Below the pieces are notes generated by a model, which saw nothing but the letters and a program-made list of their open reading frames with translations, was not told the DNA's origin and made no database searches. The position numbers were made by a program, and so were the translations under genes. From Patescibacteria group bacterium (GTDB lineage: Bacteria > Patescibacteriota > Patescibacteriia > UBA1558 > GWA2-36-10), in the NCBI GenBank assembly GCA_041650755.1, contig JBAZKN010000003.1, positions 86,466-150,465 on the forward strand: DNA of 64,000 nt, given 5' to 3'. Shown piece after piece: positions 43,412 to 52,892 of this stretch (its first letter is position 1; every line of letters starts with the position of its first letter).

Positions 43412-44032
43412 ATGTCAGCGTCCTCTGGTGGTCACAGTCTCCTTGTCCGCATGGGCCTTGTGTTTCTGGCGGTGCTGGTCCTGTCCTCGCTGGCCTGGAC
43501 CAGCTACGAAGCCCGCCTGGGCCACGCTCCCCACAACAACGCGACGCTGCTCTTCAACTGGTCCTGGCTGGCCAACCTGCCTCGGCCCGATTCCGACCCG
43601 CTGGCGCTCGGCATCCTGCTGCTCGGAATCTACGCCCTGCTCAAGCTCGTCAGCTTCAACCCGATCGCGAGCGTGGGCCAAATGGCTATTGGCCTCACGG
43701 TGTATTGCCTGGCCGGCTCGTGGCTTGGGCCTGCCTGGGGTCTGCTGGCCAGCTTGATCGTCGGCTTGGTGATTTCTTTTCTTTTCACGCTCCGCCACAT
43801 TAGGCGGATCCAGCAGGGTCACCGCCGAGAGCGTCTGCTCTTCAGTGATGTAGTATTCGAGCTCTTCTTATCGCCGCTAACTGGGGGCAACGGCATTATG
43901 CCAGGTATAGTACTGGGCATTGGTGCAATCAACGGCTTTGCGGTAGCACTACCCATGGCCTTTGTCCTGTTGGTGCTGCCCCTGATTCTGCTCTGCGGCG
44001 TCTTGGCCATAGCAGAAAACGACGACCTCTAG
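43412..44032 (+). CDS. GC-rich orphan multi-TM protein (orphan B)
   Basis: TTGACA at 43302; SD GGAGGT at 43399-43404; terminator at 44061-44089; GC-rich relative to its flanks. Confidence 0.65.
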   Translation: MSASSGGHSLLVRMGLVFLAVLVLSSLAWTSYEARLGHAPHNNATLLFNWSWLANLPRPDSDPLALGILLLGIYALLKLVSFNPIASVGQMAIGLTVYCLAGSWLGPAWGLLASLIVGLVISFLFTLRHIRRIQQGHRRERLLFSDVVFELFLSPLTGGNGIMPGIVLGIGAINGFAVALPMAFVLLVLPLILLCGVLAIAENDDL

Positions 44033-44107
44033 CCACACTGATTCATTGCGAGATTCTCGCAACCGTTGCTTGCCAGGCAACGGTTTTTTCTTTTATAATA
44101 TAGAAAT

Positions 44108-44338
44108 ATGAAAAAATATAAAGTCATCATAAATCGCAAAGAGTGCTTGGGCTGTGGTTCTTGCGTGTCTATTATGTCTAGGCTTTTGTCTTTGGACCCA
44201 ACGGATAATTTAGTCAACTTCAAAAACTCAAGCTTATTCGAGAATGCCTTGGTTGGTGAAATAAACGAGGAAGACTTGGCTGATTTCAGTCTGGCGGCCG
44301 ATGCCTGCCCTTTGGGAATAATAAAAATCGAAAAATAG
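44108..44338 (+). CDS. Ferredoxin
   Basis: CLGCGSC and ACP motifs. Confidence 0.85.
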   Translation: MKKYKVIINRKECLGCGSCVSIMSRLLSLDPTDNLVNFKNSSLFENALVGEINEEDLADFSLAADACPLGIIKIEK

Positions 44339-44357
44339 CCAAAAAACACCTTAAAAC

Positions 44358-44469
44358 AAAAAAACACCTTAATCGCGCAAAGGTGCTTTTTTAGTCTTTC
44401 TTGCGAAAGAAATCAATATTTTCTGGAATATCCCAGGAGATCCACTTCGACGCGAGAACCTCCAAGGTT
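44358..44469 (-). ncRNA. Candidate small structured RNA (or mini-ORF unit) downstream of dnaN
   Basis: TTGCCA-17-TATAAT at 44503-44475, several hairpins including a GCAA tetraloop, and a terminator at 44358-44392. Confidence 0.35.
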
Positions 44470-44506
44470 ATAACATTATAACAAATCTTTTTAAATGTGG
44501 CAAAGT

Positions 44507-45610
44507 CTATTGCCTAATAGGCATCACTAAATACAAATAGTCTTGGTTGCTGGTTGGCTGCAATAATCCAGGGGAAGAATTATTGTTAGTCTTTAAGATT
44601 GTCTGGCTGCCATCAATTGTGTTAAGCCCATCCAATAAATATCTGTAATTAAAAACAATGTCGTTGTTTTCTCCTTTAATTTCTGCTTGAATCTTAGCCG
44701 TACTATTGCCTGTGTTGGCCGAAGCAGTAGAAACTACAATTTCGCCCGCGCTATGATCAAGGCTCAAGCGAATGTCATTGATGCCTTGTTTGCAAAATAA
44801 TGACACGGCCTTAATGGCTGGTATCAATTTATCAATGTCGCATTTGGCTGTTGTCACAAAACTATTGGGAATTATTTGCTTGTAGTCTGGATAGCGACCA
44901 TCAATCACTCGAGACACCAACTCTACTCCATCAAAAACAAACAGTATTTGGTTTTCATTAAAATATAATTTTATTTTTTCATCATTTTGCTCGACTAGTA
45001 TGCGGGACAGTTCTTGTAGGGTTTTGAGAGGAATAATTAAACTAATTTCCCTGCCCTTATTTTCAATTTTAATTTTTCTCTCCGCCAACCTGTAGCTGTC
45101 GGTGGCTGCTAAAACCAGCTGATCTTTATAAAAATGAAAGTTTACGGCATTAATCTCAACCCTAGAGCTATCCAAAGAGGCTGCAAATAATACTTGGTTT
45201 AACCCCTTTTTAAGATCGCTGGCCGCTATTTCAATTTCATTGTTTTTTTCTATTTCTGGTATCAAAGGAAAGTCCTCTGCTTCTAAGCCCTTAATACTGG
45301 TTTCTTGATTTGAGCTTTTAACTTCTAGGCTGCCATCCTTTAGTTCTAAAATAATATTCTCTTTGGGTAAGAGGCTAATGAAGTTATTTAATAATTTGGC
45401 CTCAACGGTAAAATCTCCTTCCTCTTCTACTTTACTACGAACAAAAACTCTGATACCAATTTCTAAATCAGTGGTTACAAGGATTAAACCCCCTTTATCG
45501 GCTTTTAATAAAACGTTGTTTAAAATAGGAAGATTACTATTTTTATTAGCAATGTGGGAGACTAGTCCTAAGCCCTTGTTTAAATTTTCTTGGGTGCAAA
45601 CGATTTTCAT
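44507..45610 (-). CDS. dnaN: DNA polymerase III beta clamp
   Basis: LPILNNVLL, ATDSYRLA, GRYPDY and LVMPIR. Confidence 0.97.
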   Translation of the reverse strand: MKIVCTQENLNKGLGLVSHIANKNSNLPILNNVLLKADKGGLILVTTDLEIGIRVFVRSKVEEEGDFTVEAKLLNNFISLLPKENIILELKDGSLEVKSSNQETSIKGLEAEDFPLIPEIEKNNEIEIAASDLKKGLNQVLFAASLDSSRVEINAVNFHFYKDQLVLAATDSYRLAERKIKIENKGREISLIIPLKTLQELSRILVEQNDEKIKLYFNENQILFVFDGVELVSRVIDGRYPDYKQIIPNSFVTTAKCDIDKLIPAIKAVSLFCKQGINDIRLSLDHSAGEIVVSTASANTGNSTAKIQAEIKGENNDIVFNYRYLLDGLNTIDGSQTILKTNNNSSPGLLQPTSNQDYLYLVMPIRQ

Positions 45611-45855
45611 ATTATTATTAATTATATATTTATAAATAAAGTAGTATTAGTAGAGGGTGTTTATATGTGGATAGAGAGCAGAAAATTTTTAATTTACTGG
45701 GGTTGGGCGCCTATATTTTCTATAAATCAATAGGGGAAAAGTTGTTGGCAAGTTGAAAAAATATTTTTTAGTTTGGGGACAAGTTTAGAAAAAAAGTTTC
45801 TTATTAAAAAGTTTTTATTATCTATAAACAATTTGTTCTAAGTATTATACACAGC
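45611..45855. other. Replication origin oriC (dnaA-dnaN intergenic region)
   Basis: Minus strand: CTATCCACA and ATATAAACA boxes (45674-45658), CCCT, DnaA-trios CTA CTA ATA CTA CTT, then an AT-rich tract. TTATACACA at 45845. Gene polarity flips nearby. Confidence 0.85.
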
Positions 45856-47232
45856 TTATTCATAGATTTTCTGTCTTAGGACAGATAGATCATTTTTTAT
45901 TTTGTCGTCCGCTGTGGCCAGTTCAGCAATTTTTAAGCAAGCGTGCATAGCCGTGGTGTGGTCTCGGCCACCAATCTCTTGACCAATGTTTGGGAAAGAA
46001 CTTTTTAGCTGTTCGCGCATCAAAAACATTGCAATTTGGCGGGGTAAAACCAGCTCTTTTTTACGACTAGAGCCCAACAATTGCTCTAAGGTAATGCCAA
46101 AAAAGTCAGCCACAACACGAAGTAGTTTTTTGCTGGTTAGGCCGGCTTTTTTTGGGTTGGCAGATATGCCACTAAGTAAAGAACGCACGCTTTCTATAGT
46201 GGGAGCAGTATTGTTTAATTGGTGAAAGGCAATAATTCTGTTTAGTGCGCCCTCTAATTCACGGATATTTTCCTGGATGTTTTCTGCAACCAAATGGACG
46301 ATGTCAATTGCCAGGCGGTAATTGCGTTGTTGGCACTTCATTTCTAGGATGGCCACCCGGGTTTCTAAGTCGGGGAAAGAAATATCAGCGATCATTCCCC
46401 ACTCAAAACGAGAAATTAGGCGGTTTTCAATGCCCGGTATAGCCTTGGGCGGCCGGTCAGAAGAAATAATAATTTGTTTATTGTTTTGGTGCAAGGCATT
46501 AAAGGTGTGAAAAAATTCCTCCTGAGTTTGCTCTTTTCCGGCGATAAACTGGATATCATCAATTAATAAAACATCAACATTGCGGTAAATGTTTTTGAAT
46601 TGATCAGTCTTCCCGCTTTTTATTGCGAAAATGAAGTCATTGGTAAATTTTTCGCTGTTTATATAGAGAATCTTTTTCTTGGGGTTTTTTTCTAAGATAT
46701 AGTTACCAACGGCCTGCACCAGGTGAGTTTTTCCCAAGCCAACCCCACCATAAATAAATAAAGGGTTATAAATTTCCCCCGGTTTTTGGGCGGCTGCCAG
46801 GGCCGCTGCTTGAGCCAGCTCATTTCCCGGGCCAACTATGAAAGTATTAAAAACATAGTGGTTGTTTAGGCCGAATTTATTGGTATTTTTTTGTCCATTT
46901 TGAGAAGCAGAGTTATTCACAGGGGGTATTTCAGCAACAGCAGTTTGGCTAGTTTTTTGGCTAATATTAGCCGAATAGCTCTTTGATTCCACCCTGTAGA
47001 TAACCTGTAGATTATTTTTTAACAAAACATCCTCTAGTGCCTTGGCGATGTGGTTGTGGTATTTCTTTTCCAGCCAAACTTTAGTAAAAGAATTTGGTAC
47101 ACCAACCACTACCTGTTGGTCATCAAACTCAACCAAAAAGGTATTTTTGAACCAAGTGGTAAAATTAGCTCGGCTAATCAAAAGCTCAAGCTGGCCCAAG
47201 GCACTTTGCCAAATTTTGTCATTATTTTCCAT
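45856..47232 (-). CDS. dnaA: Chromosomal replication initiator
   Basis: YNPLFIYGGVGLGKTHL, LLIDDIQF and GGRDHTT. Confidence 0.98.
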   Translation of the reverse strand: MENNDKIWQSALGQLELLISRANFTTWFKNTFLVEFDDQQVVVGVPNSFTKVWLEKKYHNHIAKALEDVLLKNNLQVIYRVESKSYSANISQKTSQTAVAEIPPVNNSASQNGQKNTNKFGLNNHYVFNTFIVGPGNELAQAAALAAAQKPGEIYNPLFIYGGVGLGKTHLVQAVGNYILEKNPKKKILYINSEKFTNDFIFAIKSGKTDQFKNIYRNVDVLLIDDIQFIAGKEQTQEEFFHTFNALHQNNKQIIISSDRPPKAIPGIENRLISRFEWGMIADISFPDLETRVAILEMKCQQRNYRLAIDIVHLVAENIQENIRELEGALNRIIAFHQLNNTAPTIESVRSLLSGISANPKKAGLTSKKLLRVVADFFGITLEQLLGSSRKKELVLPRQIAMFLMREQLKSSFPNIGQEIGGRDHTTAMHACLKIAELATADDKIKNDLSVLRQKIYE

Positions 47233-47420
47233 GAATTTAAAGAAATAAACTAGCTTAAATATAGCACAGAAATTTATTAACTCAAATATACACAGCAGAT
47301 GATAAGGTGTTTATAAGCTGTTGATAAGATAACACACATTTTTTGTCTAATAAAGACCTTGCTAAAACCAGGCCATCATGTTATCATAAGTACGATAATT
47401 TTATAAAAAGCTCAAAAAAT

Positions 47421-47561
47421 ATGGCAACCAAAAGAACGTATCAACCAAAAAAAAGAAAAAGAGCAAAAAAACACGGGTTTAGAAAACGGATGGCCACCAA
47501 AAATGGTCGCAAGGTGTTGAAACGGCGCCGAACCAAGAAAAGAGCCAGGCTAACAATTTAA
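47421..47561 (+). CDS. rpmH: 50S ribosomal protein L34
   Basis: [16 protein letters not shown]. Confidence 0.96.
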   Translation: MATKRTYQPKKRKRAKKHGFRKRMATKNGRKVLKRRRTKKRARLTI

Positions 47562-47566
47562 ATATT

Positions 47567-47926
47567 ATGTTGGCTAAGGCCTACCGCTTGCAAAAAGACA
47601 CAGAAATTAAAAGGTTGATCCATTCAGGTAAAACCTTTTTTTTGCCTCAAATGACTATAAAATACCTATTTCAAGCAAATTCTGGTATTAAAATTGGTTT
47701 TGTTGTTTCCAATAAGATAGATAAGCGGGCCACAGTCAGAAACCAGCTAAAGAGAAGACTCAGGGAAGCGGTTCGCAAGCTTTTGCCCGATTTGAAAAGT
47801 GGGTATTCTTTGCTAATTATAGCTAAAAAATCAGCGCTAGATTTAGGTGTTTTGTCGCTAAACAAGCAATTAATTTTTGCTTTAAATCAAATAAAAGTAT
47901 ATAATAAGAAAATTGATAAAACTTAA
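47567..47926 (+). CDS. rnpA: Ribonuclease P protein component
   Basis: GFVVSNK..ATVRNQLKRRLRE; conserved synteny. Confidence 0.92.
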   Translation: MLAKAYRLQKDTEIKRLIHSGKTFFLPQMTIKYLFQANSGIKIGFVVSNKIDKRATVRNQLKRRLREAVRKLLPDLKSGYSLLIIAKKSALDLGVLSLNKQLIFALNQIKVYNKKIDKT

Positions 47927-48189
47927 TGTTAGTTTTTAAATATTTTAGTCTAATATTAGCCAAAATATTATTAAAACTGATAAGGCTATATCAGAGGACC
48001 ATTTCTCCGGACACAGGATGGTTTAGGGCCCTAAACCCCTATGGTTTCTGTCGCTTTGAGCCGCATTGTTCAGAATATGGTTATAGGGCAATAGCTAAAT
48101 ATGGCCCATTTTTGGGGTCATATAAGGCCCTAGCCAGAATTATTCGTTGCCATCCTTGGGCTGGCGGCGGCCATGACCCCCTAGTGTAA
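47926..48189 (+). CDS. yidD: Membrane protein insertion efficiency factor
   Basis: CRFEPHCSEY and RIIRCHP..GG.DP. Confidence 0.92.
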   Translation: MLVFKYFSLILAKILLKLIRLYQRTISPDTGWFRALNPYGFCRFEPHCSEYGYRAIAKYGPFLGSYKALARIIRCHPWAGGGHDPLV

Positions 48190-48203
48190 TCAAAACATTA
48201 AAT

Positions 48204-48902
48204 ATGAATATTTTTTATACAATTTTTTATCAGCCAATTTTCAACCTGCTTATTTGGATGTATAATCTTATCCCAGGTCAAGATCTGGGCTTGGCGATAT
48301 TATTATTGACGCTACTGGTGCGTTTGGCCTTATATCCCCTATCTCGACAATCGATCAAGTCGCAGAGAGAGTTGCAGGTTTTGCAACCACAAATTGAAGC
48401 GCTGAAAGAAAAATACAAAAACGACAAAGAGAAAATGGGTCCAGAGTTAATGGCTCTATATAAGGAAAAGAAGATTAACCCCTTTGCTTCTTGTCTGCCG
48501 ACGCTTATCCAGCTCCCGTTCTTATTTGCTATTTATAAAGTATTTTTTAACGGCCTGACCAAAGAAAATAGTTTATCAGCACTTTATGGTTTTGTAAGCA
48601 ACCCGGGGCAACTAAATATGCTTGCCTTTGGTTTTATAGACTTGTCACAAAAAAGTATTCCTTTAGCTATCGCTGCTGGCATTGCTCAGTTCTGGCAATC
48701 AAAAATGTTAATGGGTCAAAACAAGGGAGGCGGATTGGCCGGCGCCATGAATACTCAGATGATTTATATTCTGCCGATTTTTACCGCGGTCATTGGTTCT
48801 AGCTTGCCGGCCGGGCTTACGCTTTATTGGTTTTTTACAACCGTGTTTTCAATCGCCCAACAATATTTGGTTTTAGGAACCAGAAAACAAAAAACTGCCT
48901 AA
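48204..48902 (+). CDS. yidC: Membrane protein insertase YidC/Oxa1
   Basis: CLPTLIQLP and GLTLYW; conserved synteny. Confidence 0.92.
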   Translation: MNIFYTIFYQPIFNLLIWMYNLIPGQDLGLAILLLTLLVRLALYPLSRQSIKSQRELQVLQPQIEALKEKYKNDKEKMGPELMALYKEKKINPFASCLPTLIQLPFLFAIYKVFFNGLTKENSLSALYGFVSNPGQLNMLAFGFIDLSQKSIPLAIAAGIAQFWQSKMLMGQNKGGGLAGAMNTQMIYILPIFTAVIGSSLPAGLTLYWFFTTVFSIAQQYLVLGTRKQKTA

Positions 48903-48912
48903 GGCAGTTTTT
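48889..48912. terminator. Bidirectional terminator
   Basis: AAAAACTGCC-taa-GGCAGTTTTT between convergent genes. Confidence 0.7.
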
Positions 48913-48929
48913 TGTTTGTAAGTTTTTTA

Positions 48930-49676
48930 TTAATCAAAAGAGCGATCCGGTCCGACGATGACTCTTAATTTTTGTGGGACAATTTTTATTTCAGCCGGGG
49001 TTTTCATGATTATTTGTTCATCGGTAAGTATTGCTACCTGCTCTTCAGCCTGGCTAGAAATTTTTATTTTAGTAAAGGGCAAAACTGTACCGGCGATGGC
49101 CTTTTTGCCTAAAAATGTCGATTTTATTGGGGTAATTACAGCTTCCAGCACTCCATCAACCGGGCTAGACTGGCTGATCTGTTGGGGGTCAGCAAAATTA
49201 TAAATCGTGATTTTATTATTGAGCGTGGTGGGCTGAACTTTGAAATCATCGTACTCTATAGTGACGTCGCCATTGCTAATTTCGGCGCTACCAATAAAAT
49301 AATGATTGTTGATTTGGCCCAAATCAACTTTTTTTATAATGCGAGCGGCCAAAGCATCGCAAGCCAAAATTTTTGGCGGCACACCCAAGAGTCGGGCAAT
49401 CTTGTTGTCATTATCAACCGGTATGATGCCCAGCACAACATCCAAATCAGCCACAATATTTATTACCTTGGCAAAAGTTTGGGTATCGCCGATCACCACA
49501 ATTGTCTGGATGCCATCTTTGACACCATCGACGATAAGCTCCTTCATGTTTTTGAGAATAGATAAACGAGCTATGCGTCCCTTGATGCCCAGGTCAGTTA
49601 CTCTTTTTTCAATCTGCACCAATAGGTCGGCGTACTTTTTATCGTTCAAAAAAGAGTCGTAAATATATAGATACAT
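48930..49676 (-). CDS. Diacylglycerol kinase-like protein (degenerate)
   Basis: VVIGDTQT, LGIIP, VDLGQIN and DGVLEA resemble DAGK-family motifs. Confidence 0.65.
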   Translation of the reverse strand: MYLYIYDSFLNDKKYADLLVQIEKRVTDLGIKGRIARLSILKNMKELIVDGVKDGIQTIVVIGDTQTFAKVINIVADLDVVLGIIPVDNDNKIARLLGVPPKILACDALAARIIKKVDLGQINNHYFIGSAEISNGDVTIEYDDFKVQPTTLNNKITIYNFADPQQISQSSPVDGVLEAVITPIKSTFLGKKAIAGTVLPFTKIKISSQAEEQVAILTDEQIIMKTPAEIKIVPQKLRVIVGPDRSFD

Positions 49677-49690
49677 AATCAGGCCAACTT

Positions 49691-50128
49691 TTAGGCTGTT
49701 GGTATAATTTCGTCAGATTCGTTTTCTATTTTTCTACCTTCCTTTTCTTTGTGGGTTGATTCTTCTTTACCCGGATTAGCGACAGGCATGGCCAAGTTAC
49801 CCTGCAATAGAGCGCCGCTTTCGATAGAGATGATTTGGGTTTTGATGTCCCCCAAAATAACTGCCGTGCCGGTGATTTCCAGTTTGCCCTTGACAGTTAT
49901 GTTGCCCTTGACTTTGCCGGAGATAAAAGCGTTGTTTGCCTTGATGCTCGCTTCTACTACTGCATTCTGCCCAATCTTGAGGTTATTTTTTGTCTGTAAG
50001 CTACCTATCAGCATGCCCTCAATAATCAAATCTCCCTCGCCCCTAAAATCTCCTTCTACTTTGACTGACGGCCCAATGATAGTTTCAATGTTTTTTTGGT
50101 TTACTAGAGGTTGATTTTTGTTGAACAT
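49691..50128 (-). CDS. Bactofilin (polymer-forming cytoskeletal protein)
   Basis: TIIGPSVKVEGDF..DLIIEG beta-helix repeats. Confidence 0.88.
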   Translation of the reverse strand: MFNKNQPLVNQKNIETIIGPSVKVEGDFRGEGDLIIEGMLIGSLQTKNNLKIGQNAVVEASIKANNAFISGKVKGNITVKGKLEITGTAVILGDIKTQIISIESGALLQGNLAMPVANPGKEESTHKEKEGRKIENESDEIIPTA

Positions 50129-50262
50129 ATTGGTTGTTGTTAATTTAAAAATAAAGCATATGAATTTTAGTGGAAAAATCAACAAAAGTCAAAGAAAAAA
50201 TAATAGACAATTTAGCCAATATATATTAGAATATGGGTATTAATTTTTAAGACAAAACCTTT

Positions 50263-50394
50263 ATGCAAGATTTTAAGTTTATTAAGCAAGACCTGAGAAA
50301 GATATTTTTGACACTATTATTGATTATTGTCATTTTTGGAGTGCTGTATTATTTAGAAAGCAGTCGTTCTCTGTTAACAAAAATGTTGCCTTAA
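50263..50394 (+). CDS. Small single-TM protein, 43 aa (MQDFKFIKQDLRKIFLTLLLIIVIFGVLYYLESSRSLLTKMLP)
   Basis: Clean ORF with one TM helix in an otherwise empty gap; upstream TAGACA/TAGAAT promoter-like elements. Confidence 0.6.
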   Translation: MQDFKFIKQDLRKIFLTLLLIIVIFGVLYYLESSRSLLTKMLP

Positions 50395-50492
50395 TATAAT
50401 ATATTACGACACAATATTTTAACTAAGTACAGCGAAAATATCATATATTATTTTTTTGATAGATTAATAAGGCAGTAGAAATCCCCTTATTT

Positions 50493-50568
50493 GACCCCAT
50501 AGTTTAAATGGATAAAACGGGAACCTCCTAAGTTCCAAATCTAGGTTCAATTCCTGGTGGGGTCACCA
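50493..50568 (+). tRNA. tRNA-Arg(CCT)
   Basis: Cloverleaf; anticodon arm GGAAC-CT CCT AA-GTTCC; GGTTCAA; 3' CCA. Confidence 0.95.
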
Positions 50569-50743
50569 CGTTGATATTTGTTAGCCCCCTAATTATTACT
50601 AATACTATTTAATATAAGAAATATAAAAAGGTGTAGAATATGCTACACTTTTTTATGTGCTATACTTTATACAAATTCCGTAAAGAAAGCCATATTTTAT
50701 CTAATATTTGCTATATTGTAGATTATTGGTATAAATTTTAGGT

Positions 50744-50795
50744 AAAACAAAGGGGCCCATGTGAACACAGCGCTAAACGCTGTTGCTCGGGCCCC
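50744..50795 (-). terminator. Long hairpin terminator of orphan C
   Basis: GGGGCCC...GGGCCCC followed by TTTGTTTT on the minus strand. Confidence 0.65.
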
Positions 50796-50800
50796 AGGGC

Positions 50801-51148
50801 TCAGTACCACCTCGGGCTCAGGATGTGGAATATCGGCGGCACCAGGAAAAACCTGCCGATTATCCAGAACAAGAGCACGAGCAGCACGTAAGCTACTGCC
50901 GGAGACTTGCCTTTCCAGAGAGCGATGATCTGGCTGAAGATGACGAACATGAGCCAGACCACCCCAAGAAACAGGATCGAGCGGCCGACACACCAGAAGG
51001 TAGCGCCGAACGCCCAATGAGACAGGATCGCCGGCCGGAACAGCCACTTGTAACTGAGGCAACCCAGGAGCACGATCATGGCCCAGGTCACCAAAGTCCA
51101 GAGCAGTCCGCCGAACCCCTGAAAGAACACTCCCAGAAACTCCTTCAT
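50801..51148 (-). CDS. GC-rich orphan 3-TM membrane protein (orphan C)
   Basis: TTGACA-17-TATTAT at 51227-51199; SD GAGGAGGTGA; hydrophobic product; terminator present. Confidence 0.7.
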   Translation of the reverse strand: MKEFLGVFFQGFGGLLWTLVTWAMIVLLGCLSYKWLFRPAILSHWAFGATFWCVGRSILFLGVVWLMFVIFSQIIALWKGKSPAVAYVLLVLLFWIIGRFFLVPPIFHILSPRWY

Positions 51149-51255
51149 GGGTCACCTCCTCGAACGGGTCTAGGGGGCGGGCTTTCTTGTAACATTAAAT
51201 AATAGCATAAATATATATATTTGTCAAGATTAAATAAGCTAGTCAACGGTGCTAT

Positions 51256-51299
51256 TTGACAGCGAATTTTATCTATGCTAACATACCCTGTGGGGGTAT
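51256..51299 (+). promoter_or_regulatory. Promoter plus CsoR-type operator
   Basis: TTGACA-17-TAACAT overlapping the inverted repeat ATACCC-TGTGG-GGGTAT (51283-51299). Confidence 0.8.
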
Positions 51300-51307
51300 A
51301 TAAGAAT

Positions 51308-51571
51308 ATGACTAATAAAATTTGTCAGCCAGAAAAAATAATTGCCCAACTGCATCGCATTAAGGGCCAAGTCGAAGCCATAGAAAAGATGTATCATGAG
51401 CAGAGGCCAATAGAAGAAATTGTCAGAGTAATGAAAGCGGCTCGCGCTTCTTTGGACTCAGTGGCTAAAAATTTGATTACTGATAAAGTGAACGGCTGCT
51501 ACCGCGGCCCGAATCTAGTAAAGCGCCGCGAGCTTTTGGCCTTGATAGAAACCTTTTTTCACCATACTTAA
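51308..51571 (+). CDS. CsoR/RcnR/FrmR family transcriptional repressor
   Basis: QLHRIKGQVEAIEKM motif; family-type operator directly upstream. Confidence 0.85.
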   Translation: MTNKICQPEKIIAQLHRIKGQVEAIEKMYHEQRPIEEIVRVMKAARASLDSVAKNLITDKVNGCYRGPNLVKRRELLALIETFFHHT

Positions 51572-51597
51572 AAATAATTATTAATCTAAAAAAACAT

Positions 51598-51924
51598 ATG
51601 GTTATAGAACTAAACGATCAAAATTTCGCCAGTGAGATAAAAAATTTTTCCGGCGTGGCCCTAGTTGATTTTTGGGCGCCCTGGTGCGGACCGTGCAAAA
51701 TGCAGGGGCCGATAATCGATGAGCTGGCCAAGGAACTTAGCCAAGACACCAAGATCAAAGTTGGCAAACTTAATGTTGATGATAACCAACAGACATCTCA
51801 AGAATGGCAGATTATGAGTATCCCGACTTTAAAAATATTCAAAGATGGGAAAGTGGTAGAAGATTTAGTCGGTCTGCAAAATAAAAATTTTTTAATGGAT
51901 AAAATCAAACAACATTTAAAATAA
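51598..51924 (+). CDS. trxA: Thioredoxin
   Basis: WAPWCGPC. Confidence 0.96.
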   Translation: MVIELNDQNFASEIKNFSGVALVDFWAPWCGPCKMQGPIIDELAKELSQDTKIKVGKLNVDDNQQTSQEWQIMSIPTLKIFKDGKVVEDLVGLQNKNFLMDKIKQHLK

Positions 51925-51928
51925 TTTT

Positions 51929-52876
51929 ATGCCTGAACAAAAAATTTATGATGTGGTTATAATTGGAGCTGGCCCCAGTGGTTTGACTGCTGCTATTTAT
52001 ACTGTGCGGCGGGCATATAAAACCCTAGTGATCAGTAAAGATATTGGCGGGCAGATGTCTTTGACGGAAAATATTGAGAATTACCCGGGTTTTAAGCAAA
52101 TTTCTGGCCCGATCCTAGCTCAAAAAATGAAAGAACAGGCTGAAGGATTTGGTGCTGACTTTATTTTTAGTGAGGTAGATAGAATAGAAAAGCTTGATAA
52201 AGAATTCTTGGTGGCTACAGTTGATGGCCAGAAAGTTCAAGCCAGAGCAGTCATTCTGTCTTTTGGCTTGACGCCTAGAAATTTAGACGTGCCGGGTGAA
52301 AAGGAATTGACTGGCAGAGGAGTGGCTTATTGTGCTACTTGCGATGGGCCGCTGTATAAAGACAAGGATCTGGTGGTGGTCGGTGGCGCCAATGCGGCTT
52401 TGGATGCGGCAGAATATTTGAGTAAGCTAGCTAAACAAGTTTATATCTTGGTGCGTAAAGATAAATTTCGCGGAGAGCAAGTTTTAATTGACAGAGTTAT
52501 GCATACTGAAAATATAAAGGTTATTTTTGGCGGTGTTACCAAAAAAATTATTGGTCAGAATAAAGTAGATGGTTTGACATATTTAGACGCTCAGCAGCAG
52601 GAGCAGACCATCAAGGTAGATGGAGTATTTATTGAGATCGGGCATATTGCCAAAACAGACTGGCTGAAACATTTATTAAATCTGAACTCCAATAATGAAG
52701 TGCTGGTGTCTGCCGATAACGAGACTAGTTTACCTGGTATTTTTGCTGCCGGCGACCTCACCCAGATCACTTATAAGCAAGTAGTGATTTCGGCTGGCGA
52801 GGGTGCCAAAGCTGCTTTGCAGGCTTGTAAGTATTTGCAAGGTGGTAAGCTAGTCGGGCCAGACTGGGGTAAATAA
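51929..52876 (+). CDS. trxB: Thioredoxin reductase
   Basis: GAGPSG, CATCDG and GIFAAGD. Confidence 0.93.
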   Translation: MPEQKIYDVVIIGAGPSGLTAAIYTVRRAYKTLVISKDIGGQMSLTENIENYPGFKQISGPILAQKMKEQAEGFGADFIFSEVDRIEKLDKEFLVATVDGQKVQARAVILSFGLTPRNLDVPGEKELTGRGVAYCATCDGPLYKDKDLVVVGGANAALDAAEYLSKLAKQVYILVRKDKFRGEQVLIDRVMHTENIKVIFGGVTKKIIGQNKVDGLTYLDAQQQEQTIKVDGVFIEIGHIAKTDWLKHLLNLNSNNEVLVSADNETSLPGIFAAGDLTQITYKQVVISAGEGAKAALQACKYLQGGKLVGPDWGK

Positions 52877-52892
52877 TGAAAGGGTAAAAAGT

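Noticed and set aside
50697-51202. Alternative 152-aa and 139-aa ORFs over orphan C
   Set aside because: Only 50801-51148 (minus) has a matching promoter, SD and terminator; long alternative frames are expected in GC-rich DNA.
50493-51230. Prophage or integrative element at tRNA-Arg (also considered at tRNA-Leu and tRNA-Val)
   Set aside because: No integrase and no duplicated tRNA 3' end were seen.
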